Numbered from the stretch's first letter, positions 13,349 through 26,458 are shown. The stretch: DNA of 64,000 nt from Monocercomonoides exilis PA203 (GCA_001643675.2 LSRY02000004.1:1674001-1738000), one strand, 5' to 3'. Numbers and translations are program-made. The notes: generated by a model from the letters alone, not told the origin.

Positions 13349-16116
13349 CCCAGAACTCAGAGCCAAACCCGGAACTAAATGTCCCTCTGATTTGAGTTTC
13401 AGTGCAGCCTTTATCTTGTGTTTATTTCATTTTTGCAACATTTGGATCGATTATTTTCGATTAATGAATGAAAACAAATGAAAACAATTGTATTATTTTG
13501 TTTGGTTCTTTAGAAAAAAGACTCCCTAATCTGGAGAGTTTCAAGTTGAAATGAGAATGATTTGATTTATTTTCAATGAATTCAGGAAATATTTGGAAAA
13601 AAATGATAATCAAACATACATTATTATCGTTGTTTGCGTAATTGAAACTTGTTGCATTCCACATCTTTGTTTGTTCTTTTTTGAATGGATAAAATGGACA
13701 GCATTGTTCTCCTGATGAAAGCAATTATGTTGAATATGAAATATGCGATAACAAGAAAACTGAAAAAAGATAAAACAATCAAGAAGAACAAATTATAACA
13801 GAGAACAGTGACAATTATTGAATTTTCCGAAAACCCAGATTTAGTAATCAGCACTTCTCTTTTCTGTCACTTTGTGTTTTGGAATGAACTATTTTTCTTA
13901 TTTCAAGCTCTCTTTTTGAAAAAACAGGAGATAGCGATCTTTGGTGGCTCAGTTTTTTTCTGAATTGATGTCTTTTTTGGCTTTGATTGGTTTCGTTTTC
14001 TTCTTCTTCTTCTTTCCTTATTCTTTTTCGACGATTCAGAATCTTTTTCTTCGAAGGATTATTTGAAGATTCCATAAGCTTTTTGAGATCGTCATGATTT
14101 CGTTTTGAATTATGTGATGAGCGTTGACTGTTGGTGCATTGTGATTCAAATGCTTTCATTTGAGAATGAAGAACTGACAAATAGTTTTCAGCTTCCTGTA
14201 TTTGATGTTGAATCTCTTTGAAAGTGGTCACTTTCGAAGAAAACTGAGATATGAGAGGAGGTGTTACTTGGAAGATTTGTATGATTTTGTAGAACGAACA
14301 GGTGATTGTTTGACTGATAATGGCTTTTGCACTTTTTGGAAATCAGTTGTCACAGATTGGGCTAATTCATGTTCGCTAGCTGTCGGATTTTCGAGATCTT
14401 TCTTTGGAGAAAAAGCTCCGAATAAATTATTTATCCATAAATCAGAAGAAGCTTTCTTAGTTTTTTTCTCACTTGACGAAGAGATAGGAGAACCTGATAT
14501 TCTTGTCAGAACAGAAGAAGCTGCAATAGGCCACACTCCAGTTTTGACATATGATGCTTTCACGGCAGGAGGAGTTATTGCAGCTGCAACAGCATCAGGA
14601 AGTGCATTTGTAAGAGCAGATCGATAAGCACTCAAAGAAAACTTGGAAGGATGGTAAAACTTGTTGTAGAGTGTGAACTTTAAACGAGAAAAAACATAAG
14701 AATCACATAGCTGCAATAAATGAGTCATGTTTGGATGAAATTTCAGAATAACAATATTATTCTTTGCGGCTCCCCTTGTCACTAATTCATCATCATGTGA
14801 TCTGTGATTGTCCATCAGCAGAAGAGCTTTTTTTGTTGAAGTCGGTTTAACTTTGGATGTTATCAGAGGAATCCAGCGTCCAATCATTATTTCTCTGAAA
14901 ATCTCTTTCTTTATTTATCCTGATGAAGAATAAATGTATCGAATATCAAAAGCTGACAACGAAGAGAATTCATCTGGAGTTTCTTTTCTGGGCTACAACA
15001 AAAATCTTGGAAGAGAAGATCCGTTCGCGCAAATGCACAAGCACAATGTCGCATTTGGAACTTTTGAAGGTTTAGGCGGAGAAGGTGGAATCTGGTTTTT
15101 CTTTCAAACCACAAGTTTCATTGTTGTTTCACCGCAGCTTAAAGAAGCTTCGTCGAAATTGAAGATTGTGGATAAATCAATATTATGCTTTTTGATAACT
15201 TCAGCTCAGTCCAAAAATCATTTTCGAATTTTTTGCTGAGATTGAGCTGAAATTTTTGACATTTCCATCGGTCTGGATAAAGCCGATTGTAATACTTCAT
15301 TTCTTTTAACAAGTTTGTAAGCATATTTGCAGTTTACTGTTTTTGGAATTTGCTTTTCGTCACGTTCTTTTTCCAACAGATCAACGCACTAAATTAATAT
15401 TGAAAAGAAATATAATGCAAATTTAAATTGATAATTAATAAAAACCATCGATTGAATATCTTTAACTCGAACAATCGTATCTTCAGATAACATTGCCATA
15501 ACCTGATTTTCAATGGTTTCAAGCTGACTATTGAATATCGACAATGGATGACCTTCTTTTCCAACTACTCTGCCAGACTTTTCCGCTTTGATTGCCCGAT
15601 ACCATGCGCTTTTCGAAATAGCTCCTGATTCAATTGCTGTTTTGAAATTGACAGCATTTTTGCGTTTGATTTCGAAAACTTTTTGGCTTGCCGATTTTAT
15701 ATTTCTAAATTCACTTAAGGCAAGTGTACGTCTGAGCTGCAGAGGTGAAAGTTGCTGTTTATTTTCCATGGTTAAGTGTTTCGATCAATAATTCAAAATA
15801 AGTTGCAGATGGCTTTTAAATCATGAAGATGTCTTAAACAGAAAATGACCAACGATAATTTCAAACAATTCGTTTTAGACAACAAAATATTCTGCATCTT
15901 GTTAATTTGCGAAAAAAAGAACAAATTGAAAGAGAAGCATTTGGAGTTGCTAATACTTCTCAATCAAACAAAGAAATTTCACTTATTCAACTTTTATTTC
16001 TAGAAAATGAATATATGGATTTTATTATACAAAACAAAAGTGTTTTTGAACAACGAATAAGCTTCTCTGATTCTCAAAAGAATATCTCAGTTCCGGGTTT
16101 GGCGCTGAGTTCCGGG
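13349..16116 (-). mobile_element. pogo/Fot1-like (Tc1-mariner superfamily) DNA transposon, decayed copy, 2.77 kb
   Basis: 28-bp TIRs at 13349-13376 (CCCAGAACTCAGAGCCAAACCCGGAACT) and 16089-16116, with 2 mismatches. TA on the right flank, CA on the left. Contains a transposase relic. Confidence 0.9.
13848..15769 (-). pseudogene. DDE_1-type (DD35D) transposase pseudogene
   Basis: Exon 1 15769-15446, intron 15445-15389. Motifs IFNFDEAS, LLLMDNHRSH and HPNMTHLLQLCD. Premature TGA codons near 15210-15222 and frameshifts split it into several ORFs. Paralogous to the 17217-19122 gene. Confidence 0.88.
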
Positions 16117-17216
16117 TATATCACCAATGTTATATTGCTTCTTCTTATTTTTTCATGAATGCAGTTGCAGGGATGCAACTTATCCACGTGGGTATGATGT
16201 TGAATATGTCGATATATACAATCTGTATTCAGAGTCAGGAAATCCATTTCATGGATGTTACACCACAAACACAGATGGCCAGAGAGTATGTTATGGATAT
16301 AATTACTCGAATGCAGGTGCCTGGAAATATGATCAGATATCAAAAAAGGATTGGCTGAAAGACAAGACAATTTATGTTTCAGTGAATGGAAATGATAATT
16401 TTGAGTTGTGTGGAGCAAATACAACAATTCCATGCAAAACCGTAATGAAGGCGTTTGAGATGTGTGAGGTGCAGATTAGTTTGGCAATCACGCTGATGGA
16501 AGGAAAACGCCCAAGCGAGACAACAATTAATATTGGAACAAAGAAGATTTCAGTCATTGGGAAAAGAAGAACAGAGAGCGCGATAGGAACAAAATCTCTT
16601 TCATCAACAGAAGCGCTGTTCGGCGTGACAACGGGTCATCTAAGAATGAGCCATTTGAAGGTTGATTGCAACTCAAATGCAAATCCTTCGCCGAGTGTGG
16701 TTGTGGTATCTGATGGGAGTGGGTCACTCTCATTGGAGGATGTTGTGATCACCACGAGTGTTTCTTCAGGAGACTATGTGATGTCGTCGTCAGTGTTTGT
16801 GGTGCCGCTGTCGCAGCTGTCGATGGCTGATGTGGAGATAAAAAACATGAATGTGTCAAAACCCTTGTTCTCTGAACCGGATCTTCCATCTTTTTCATAA
16901 TCTTCATCTTCTGCACTGTACAGTCAGTGCCAAAGCCGATCCTTGGTGCGTAACCCGAACCAAGAGAGAGAGAGAGAGAGAATGCAATCATTTTTCGAAG
17001 TTGCAAAAAGTATTTCTTGAATAAAAGACAAAATATATTTAACTATTCGTTGAAACCAGGTATTTGGCAAAATATTTAGTAATTTTCAAATGAAATAATT
17101 AACAAAGAAAATTCATTTTGTTTTTGTTTTATTATTGGCATGGTCAAAAAATAATCGATATGAAGCAATTCTTTAAAAAGAAAACTTCTTGTTAGTTCTT
17201 CAAAATGATGTGAAGG

Positions 17217-19122
17217 CTAGAGTTTTGTTCTGCAGTTGAATTTTGAGTAGTATGTTTCTCTTATGCGTTTCTCTTTCGAATTAAATGAAGGAGAAATTTC
17301 TCTGTGAGGATGATCGAAATCTCTGTTTTCATTTTTTGAAGTTGATTTCACTTCTTTTTCATCGTCTTTAAGTATTTCAATCATTCTCTTTGCATTTTTT
17401 CTCGATAACTTTTTTTCCGTTGCTGGTTCTTTATTCAACATTTCATTAAGTTCTTGCCTGCTATGTTTGTTCTTTCGTTTCATTTCAGAAGAAGATGAAG
17501 TTGGTTTTCTAGTTTTCGTCAGCTGTTTTTGAAGAAAATGTAAATGCTCTTTTGTTGATTCAATTTGTTTCATTAGCTCTGAATCATCCATCTCTTTTGC
17601 TTCTTCTAATGATTTTTCTTCAGTGGAGTTTTCGTCTGTGGAAAATTTTATTGTTGAATTTATACTGTGATCATCGATAAATGTTGAGCGTTCTTTTGTT
17701 ATTTCAGAATCGTGGAGAGATGAATGTTTTGAAGATTGTAAAGAAGATAATTGTTTATCGCTATGAGGAGAATAATTCCCAAACAACTCTTCTCTCCAAT
17801 CTTGCGAGGATTCAGAAGTGTCAGAATTGAATTTATGATTTTGGATGGGGGATCCAGATATGCGATCCAAGACTGGAGCAGCTGCAACAGGCCAGACGCC
17901 TGTTTTTATGAACGCTGCTTTTATAGTCGAAGGCATTACCGCAGCAGCAACTGCTTCAGGGAGTGTGTCGGCAAGGGAAGATCTGTATGAATGAATCGAA
18001 AACGGAACAGGAACGTGAAATTTATTGTAAAGAGTTGTTTTCAAACGAGAAAAGATGCACGAGTCGCACGGTTGTAATAAATGGGTCATATTTGGTGGAA
18101 AACACTTCAAAATGATATTGTGTTTCTCTGCAAAATCTGCAACAGAATTGTCTGAATGAGTTCCATGATTATCCATTAATAACAGGGCTTTATGTGTCGA
18201 TGTTGGTTTTACTTTAGAGACAATCGCAGGTATCCAAAAATTGATCATGATGTTTTTAAATATTTCTTTAGTTATCCAACCGGATGAAGAAGGAAGAACT
18301 TTGATGTCGAACGCCGAAAGTGATGAAAATTCTTGTGGCAAACTTTTCATGGGCCAAAGAAGAAATCGTTGAAGTGAAGAACCATCTGCACAGACACACA
18401 GACACAAAGTTGAATTAGGAACTTTTGGAGGAGCTGTTGAAGCAGGCGTAATTTGTTTTTTTAAACAAACAACCAGTTTGCTTGTGCTTTCACTTAAATT
18501 CAATGAAGATTCATCAAAATTAAATATACTCGATGAATCAATGTTATTCCTGCTAATAACTTCAGACAATTCTCCAAACCATTGTCTCACATTCTCTGGC
18601 GATTGTGCTGCTATTTTTGATAACTCAATAGGTCTCGATACTGCTGCATGAATAATTTCACTTCTTTTTAAAAGTTTGTATGCGTACTTTTCGTTGAGTT
18701 TTTTTGGTTCTTTATTTTCACCACACTCTTTTTCAAGAATATCCGCACACTAAGAAAAATATTTCTGAAAAGAAAAAAAAAAAAAAAATAAATCAAACCA
18801 TGTTCTGGACATCGTGCACTTTTATTGTTTCTTTTTCTGATAATTTTACAAGGACTTGATTTTCAATTATTTCGAGCTGGCGCGCGTTAATTGTTAGAGG
18901 ATGCCCATCCACTCCAACATCTCTTCCTTCCTTCTCCGCTTTAACACCTCTGAACCAAGCACCTTTGGAAATAATATTTTCGCCAACAACAGTTTGCCAT
19001 TTCAGTGAATGATCACGGCGTATAGCAAATATCTTTTTGGTTGTTGAATGAATGGAACGATATTTGCAGGATGCGAGTTCGCGATGAAGTTGAAGAGGAG
19101 AAAGATATGTTGAGTTACTCAT
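17217..19122 (-). CDS. pogo/Fot1-like DD35D transposase, ~618 aa, 2 exons, apparently intact
   Basis: Exon 1 19122-18799, 49-nt GT-AG intron 18798-18750, exon 2 18749-17217 open. Triad IFNFDES / LLMDNHGTH / HLLQPCD with 35 residues between the 2nd and 3rd Asp. Confidence 0.92.
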
Positions 19123-19749
19123 GACATATGGGGTATGATCAAATGAACAATCATTGAAACTTTTTATTAGTGATGTATTTGTTAATTTTTATATGGCTAA
19201 ATTTTTTTGAAAAGTGACATAAGATCAAAAATCTGACCCATGGAAGTTAATTGTGAAACATTCCGTTTCCATTATTCAAATGAAAATATTAAACAATATC
19301 AGTGATGTTTGTTGGCTCATAACAAACTTTTTTTCGATAAAAAATAATTTGGATCAAAATATTATATATCCATTATTATGATCAAAATTAAAATTTCAGT
19401 ATTTCAATGTGTAAAGAGTTTATTTGCTTTAACTATATTGCAATTATTGATTCATGAAATGCTTAAGGTATTATTTGAATCTTTATCTAGAAAAATTTGA
19501 GATTTGTCAATTAATAAAACTCTCATTTGATTATAACTTTTCATTGCACAGCATGTGCCTGGAATAATAATTAATACAAAGATTTCTCCCACAAGTTTGA
19601 TTGAGATGTAAGCTCGCAAATCAAACGGTTTTCATTTTTTCTTTCATATGAATGTGTAATTAAATAAATAAAATACAAAATTTCTTTTTTTTAAAAGCTT
19701 GACAAATTTGTGGCGGATTTCAGATCACCTTTTGTGAAGAAGTTGGCAA

Positions 19750-20160
19750 TGTGGGGCTGCACAACAAATTCATTTGAAGGAGAAGAGGAATTTTTGTTGC
19801 AAGTCGAGAAATATCAGAGCGAGACGAAATTTGAATCTGAAATATTGGAAAATTATGAAGACAGCAGGAGAGCAGGGTGTTTGAAGCACTTTGACGATCA
19901 TTGAGTGAGGGGACACACCGTGTCATTCCATCACTATTCATACAACTGTTAATTTCAGAGGAAACAATCATCTACGGGAAATGTACTTCATGCGATGTGA
20001 TCATCCACCACCAGGAATCTTTTTCAGTTGCATTTGTGCAAGTGAACTCGAAAAATGTTGATGAAGATGATGGAAGTCGTATTATAATCTCAGTAAAAGT
20101 TCGGATTGAGAGAGTTTTATTTTCCTTTGGCCAGACGTTTCCGCACTCGAGCTGTGATGA
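19750..20160 (+). pseudogene. Captured fragment of a surface-receptor family gene inside the transposon
   Basis: GTHRVIPSLFIQLLISEETIIYGKCTSCDVII...SRIIISVKVRIERVLFSFGQTF aligns by eye with SPPHIIPSVYSNLLVDEISLVSGEASTHDITV...SLISCQLRVKIEFLSFLFGRVF of ORF 62961-63932. Confidence 0.55.
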
Positions 20161-20199
20161 TATATACATCCTTATGGACCTCTCTCATTCTTCTTTTTA

Positions 20200-23100
20200 G
20201 TTTGCATCGACTACCGTCTCACCAGTCGACTTACCAACCTCTTTTCCTGCTAATTGCCATTTACTTCTTTTAAAGTCTTCTCCATTCGCCATCAAGGACG
20301 GTCTCTTGACTGTCAGCAACTTTTCATGACTGTTCTTCCGTTCATTCAGCCACAGAACATATAAAATTCTCAAATGCAATCCCCAGCACATCCAGCTATG
20401 TGCTTGCACACCGAATTCCATCAGCGAAGAAGCATTTCATTATAATTCCTTGGCGATCGAATATCAAAATCTTTCCATTTTCACAACATCATCTGAACTC
20501 TACACAAAAGCTTCAGGAGATTTTACACATTCAGGCTCCACTTTTCTCTATCATATCCTGCGCACGCTGGAATTTCCTTCTTCACATCTGTTTGCTATTT
20601 GAAGCGCAAAACTCATTTCCTCTTCTTTCTCTCCTCCTGCTCTGTCAAAAGCTACACAAGTTCAAACAGCAATTACATGCATTTATTCTGTTTTGGCTTC
20701 CATCTCTCCATCTTCCGCAGCTCCGTCACCTCCTTCGCACGCTTTCGACTTCCACAACCTTCTCGTTCGTCGTGACAAGCTCGGCCACTCTATTCCTCGA
20801 AACTTCAGCAAGTCTTCTTGTGAAAGAAAGGAATGTGAATAACTTCGTCTGGAACATCACGGAGCGGGGGAGCGGGACATTCAGCTTCAGTATCCGGAAC
20901 GAATTGTGATCTGTTGGTAAAGACGTTAAAATTTTCACCTCTTCATCGCTTTTGCTGCAGTCATTAACACCTCCATATGCATTTTTTCTTCTTCCGCTGT
21001 GAATTCTCTTCAACCTCCTCCTCCTCCTCCTCCTCCTCCTCCTCCTCCTCCTCCTCCTCCTCCTCTTCCTCTTCTTCTTCCTCTTCCTCTTCCTCTTCCT
21101 CTTCCTCTTCCTCTTCTTCCTCCTCCTCTTCATCATCAACCTCGTCCTCTTCTTCTTCTTCCTCCTCCTCCTCCTCCTCCTCCTTCTTCTTCTTCTTCTT
21201 CTTCTTCTTCTTCTTCTTCTTCTTCTTCTTCTTCTTCTTCTTCTTCTTCTTCTTCTTCTTCTTCTTCTTCTTCTTCTTCTTCTTCTTCTTCTTCTTCTTC
21301 AATTAATTCTTCTTCTTCTACTACTACTTCTTCTTCTTCTTCTTCTCCTCCTCCTCCTCTCATTCTTCCACTCTATTCTTCATTCTTGCAACTATTTCTT
21401 TCATCTTCTTTACACTCGGCGGAGTGAATGCCAGAAATCTTAATGAAAAGTCACTTGCCGTCTGCGGCATCGTCTCCTTCAGCACATCTCTTCTTTGAAA
21501 TAGTGTTTACACTTGAATGACCAGCTATGCTGCTGTCGTCATCCACTTCATCTAACTCGAAAGCACCATCGGCTGCTTCTTCAGCACTTTTCTGCGTTCT
21601 GCCAGGAATTCTGTGGGAAGCAGAGCTTCTTTTTCTTCAATTTCCTTTAAAGAATCCGATTCCTCTTTTGCCTTCGAACCAGTTCTTTTCTCTTCTTCTT
21701 TGCCTCTGCTTCTGCTTCTTCTTTTCTCTCTTCTCTTCTCTCTTTCTGTTCTTTATATACCCTTTTAGTGCACTCAGATTCCGTTTCTCTTTGTTTGACG
21801 TGGCAACATACACAGGCAGATAGTGAATATTGTCCTGAAGAATCTTCAATCTGAACAGCACTCGCACAAGTGGATCAATCGCCTTCCTGTTCGTCGCAAT
21901 TGGAGAATCGAAGGGAACTTCTGGGAATGAAAGCAGCATGGAAGGGCGAATAACAATGATAGAAATCAAATTCTCCATCTGAGGAGCCTTTTGTGGAAAG
22001 GAAGTGTTGCCTGTTTTTGAAACAGAATACTCCTTCACAATCCAGGAAAACGGAGAGTCCAGAAGATTCGATTCTAATTATTCTGGTACTCCATCAGCGA
22101 TGGCTTCAGCAAGAAAAGCAGAAACAGCAAAGAGCGGAAGAGAGGATATATCCACAAAATGATTTGAAAGGCTAATACCTGAACATTAAACTCTCATAGG
22201 ATTTGACACCAAAAAACTTCTGACGTTGTGGTGAAGTATGAAGATGACTGCATTGGAGCGGAAGAAGGGCTGTGTGGTGTAATGAGAAGGAGGCTTCGTC
22301 GAAGATGTTTTGCTTTTGCCTATAAACTTAATTGATGGAGAGATGCAGAGTGAAGGAATACGCAGGTACAGTTGGCTGCAAAACCGCTGGTGATAAGGAG
22401 GCACTTGTGAGAAGAAGGATGAGATTGAAAGGACAGTTGTGACTAACCCAACTGAAGAGTTATCCTAAAGAGAAAGAACAGGCGTGCGTGTGCTTTAAAA
22501 TTGTTCACTGAACTGCCCTCTCATCCTTCTTTTTCTTAATTCTTCTTCGGACTGTCCTGTTGTCTTTGTTATAATAATCATTTTGATCATCATCTTCGTC
22601 TTCTTCTTCGTCTTCTTTTTTAATTAAATCTACAGATTATTATTTCTCCATTATTCGCACACATCTTTGCCTCACTTCTCATTTATTTCAAAATCATTCA
22701 TCGAGTTTTTCATCAGTTGCATATATCTCTATTCACCACAATCTCAATTTTTTTGGAGTTATCCTCAAACACCTATTGGTTTCAACCTCCACATTCTTAT
22801 TTTTGCTATGGATACCAATGTGATATGTTGGAAACGCAAAGAGAAAGAAGAATACAACTTCTGCGACTGGTAATACTTTAATAGAATCTTCGCCTCTGTC
22901 TTCGCCATTGCTTCTTAAAGATTCCATCAGTTCTCTGTTATTCTTTCATTCACACGCTGCATTCTGTTGAATACCCACATTTCGCTTACTTCCTCTATAT
23001 CTTCTCATCTGTTGGAACTGCCAGATCAATCGCTGCAGTTGACAGAACCTCGTCCTCCATCCCCATTCCCACTGTCTCCGGCCCCTTCTTCACAATCATC

Positions 23101-23850
23101 CCCGTCATTCATCAAACAGTTCGTAGCAAAATTGCTTCGTCGTCCAGCTTCACCACCACACGCCTCTACTGCGGCGATCGCGACACCAGCCGCGCTATCT
23201 CCGACGGCAGCAGCGACGGGTCAAACAGGTCGTTGATCGACGGGAATGCATTCACATCTGACGCTGCAAAGATCAGCTTGCTCCCCGACTTCTTTCTCAT
23301 TGATGCTGCAAGTGAATGAAGCGGCACCACCAGCGGAACCGAAAGCATCGCAGAAAGCATCACATCGTTTGCACACACAACACCTCCATACAGCACTCCC
23401 CGCCGAGCCACAGCATATCCTCGCAGCGTCTGCAGCAACAGCTGCATATTCTGCGCAAACACCACAGTCGTATCTGAAACCACAATCCGCAGCCGCCTCT
23501 GGATGTCGTCCATCGATGCTTCCAACGTGTATAATGCCTCCACTACAGATGCATATGAAGAATCAATTGCTAGTGCTGATGATGAATATGAAGATGAAGA
23601 GCAAACAAGCTGCTTGTCCCATACAGCTTTCTCCTCTTCTCTTCTCCACTTGCAGAACTGTGAAATAGACAAAGAAAACAACACGTGCTGAGATGAAAAC
23701 AAGTTGTTTGATACAAACTTTATGAATCTTTATTTGAGAAGAGATTGTATTTTTGAGTTTGTAATAATGAAGGTTTGTTTTGAAAAATTCCATTTCATGT
23801 TGCATTTCTGGATGATAACATTTATTATTGCTCAATGTTAACATCTTTTC
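20200..23850 (-). pseudogene. Captured, decayed host gene; tentatively O-fucosyltransferase-like (GT-B fold) with acidic insertions
   Basis: A chain of broken minus-strand ORFs. RGYAV...VCANDVMLSAMLSVPLVVP...SINDLFDPSLL, YLPVYVAT and GIAFENFICSVAE resemble, in the correct order, the O-FucT motifs NGYL..ICD.VA.AR.LNATLVVP...F.DIFD, IY(L/I)A(T/S) and A.D..(I/V)C. Possible N-terminal signal anchor. Confidence 0.45.
21014..21360. repeat. Compound (CCT)n/(CTT)n trinucleotide microsatellite, ~350 bp polypyrimidine/polypurine tract
   Basis: Directly visible. Encodes poly-Glu on the minus strand, with a frame slip. Confidence 0.97.
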
Positions 23851-26458
23851 GAATAGCTTTCGATTGTTTCGAATGTAGATTTGATGTATTTTTCATGTTT
23901 GAAACTTTCTAATAAAAAATTCTATTATTCAAGCAAATTAAACTTTTTTTGTCTTTTTCAAAGGAAAATAACAAAAAACCAAGTTAATATCCATAAATTC
24001 AGAATGAATATTCGAATAGATGAAATGAAAATGAAGAAATAAAAATATGCAACTCATATGATTCAAATAGCTGGAAAGTAGTTGCTAACAAGTGTGTATT
24101 TCATAATAAAGTTAAAAGTTTATATGATATGAACAAATTTGTATCCTATTTTTCAATAAAAAGCGAAATAAATAACAACAAATATCATTTTCAAAACTAA
24201 AATGGGAACGGAATGATCAAAATATATTGATCATTTTTGATCTTTTGTGGGACAGAATTAAAGTCGAGGAACTTTTCAAAAAAATTTACCCATATGTTAA
24301 TAATATGTTTTAATTTGCAATAAAACAAATAAAAATATTTGGATTTATATCTTTTTGTTGTGAACACAAAAAATAAAAGATTCATTGGTTTCAAAAACAT
24401 CTGCCAAAATAATGAATTGTGTTCTTGTTGTTTCTTTTAATTGATTAATGATTATTCCAGGTGCAACTGCCTTGGAAATATCTTTAAAAAATTCAATATA
24501 GAGATAATTTTACAGAAATGAGCAAGATCAATGTTTATGCAAGGATCGGGTTTCGCACCAAGGATCGGCTTTGGCACTGACTGTATCTGACAGCCACAGC
24601 ATCAGGAGACAGCGTGTTGGCAAATGTGAAAGCGAAGAATGTGAAGTTGACTGAAGGAGATGGGGTGGTTGTTGCAAAGAGTGTGAAGGCAGGAGAGACA
24701 TTTGTGGTCAAGAATGTGACAATCGAAGAATGCGAGTGCGGTGATGGGAGTGGTGGTGGGATCAAGGTTGATTTATTATCGCCAGCAAGTAAGCTTCAGG
24801 TTGAAACATCAACAACATTGAAAAGATGCAAAGGCGACAAATATGGAGGAGTGATGATGCTGCATCTGGCTGACAACTCGATTGACTTCTCAGTTGTGTC
24901 TGTGGGCTTTTCAGGCTGCATTGCAACATCAGGCGGAAATTACCTGTTTGTGAATGGGAGCGATTCTGCGAGGTGGGCAATAAGCACATCAACGCTGAAT
25001 GTTGAGCACAACGAATCAAAACACGATGAACTTGTGGGATATGATCGGAGTGACTCAACAATGGGGTTGTTCCCACAGAATGTGTTTCTGGACAGATATC
25101 CAAGTGCAGCACAGGTGGGGAAGGCGAAGGATGGGCTGGGTGGATACAACTTTTGGTTCTGTGGGTTTGACTGTTATCCATGTGCCACCATCACTCACAC
25201 TGCACAGGTGAGATATTCGCGCACAAACATAAACATTGAATTGGATTCGGGATTCGAGCTGGTGGAAGAGGTTGTCATGACTGATGAATATGAATGGGAG
25301 ATTTCATATGCCACAAAAGGGATGGAAGTGAATGTGCAAACACCTGACAATTTCCTGTCTTCTTTTCTGATTGAGGTGCAGAGCAAATGTTCAATGAAAA
25401 ACATCAAGTTTTGCATTCCAAGTCTTCTGTCTGGTGCATCATCTCTGATTTCATCCAATTCCATTCTCTTCACGCTCTCTGATTGTTCTGTTATTCATTC
25501 ATCTGGCAATGCAATTGGACACAGCTTTGTAAATGCGATTGGGGGGAAACTGAGAATGGAGCAATTTGAAATCAGAGAAACTTTGACATTTGAGGGGCAC
25601 TCGCTGATGGAATTTGTTGAAGGAGTTGATGTTGTGTATTTGGCAGGATGCAATGTTACAAGCGTTGAAAAGAGAAATGGATTAGGAGGATGGCTGAATG
25701 GAGTGGTTGGGGCAGAAAGAGGGGATGGAAGGAATGGAATAATTGTAATTTATGGATGCCTCATGAAGGAGTGCAGATGCTGTGGAGGAGGAGGAGGGAT
25801 GTTTGCGAATGTGAAAGGGGAAGGAAGTATTGTTGTGAATGGGAGTTGTGTGATTGACTGGTGCGAGGCGAAGAGTTCAGAGGGGAGTGAAGGGAGAGGG
25901 GGAGGGATGATGATTGTGATGGAGAGCAGAGATGGTTCGTTGAAAATTGAATCAGGAGTGGAGTTTTCAGTGGAAACAGCAAATCGAGCAAAATATGGGA
26001 AGGATGTGTTTGCGAGGTGTGGGAGTGGTGTGTTGTTGGAGACAAAAATAAATGCAACTTCATTTGGGTTTTTTGAGTCAAGTGAAATTCCATCAGATGT
26101 GTTGAAGCTGAGTGGGAGTGAGGATGGGAAAGAAGATGAAGTGATTCCATTGTTTGTGTATCTGAGTTCAATTGAATTGAAGTTGACTGTTGATGGGAGT
26201 TTTGGAAATGGGAAGGACCACAGCCATTGTGGGTTTGAGGAGTTTGGGTGTCTGACGATTGACTATTGTGTGAACCACAGAACCAACGCCAATCTTCATG
26301 AAATCGATGTTGCCTCAGAATCATCAATAAAAAGCGAAATGAAAGTGGCTTCATTTGAGGTGAGTCTATCTGGGAAAGAAGAAGGGACGAAGGTGGTTGT
26401 GAGAGATGAAGGGTCAATCAACCAAAATCATCTTATTGAGTGAACAAAATCATTTGAG

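Larger units (their letters stand above)
16921..24583 (-). mobile_element. Cargo-carrying pogo-like DNA transposon (7.66 kb) with intact transposase
   Basis: 41-bp TIRs at 16921-16961 (CAGTCAGTGCCAAAGCCGATCCTTGGTGCG..) and 24543-24583; first 30 bp identical, 2 mismatches overall. TA duplication at 16919-16920 and 24584-24585. The host reading frame rejoins exactly on excision. Confidence 0.95.

Noticed and set aside
20726-21427. Poly-K/R, poly-F, poly-P and poly-S ORFs
   Set aside because: Alternative-frame readings of the trinucleotide microsatellite.
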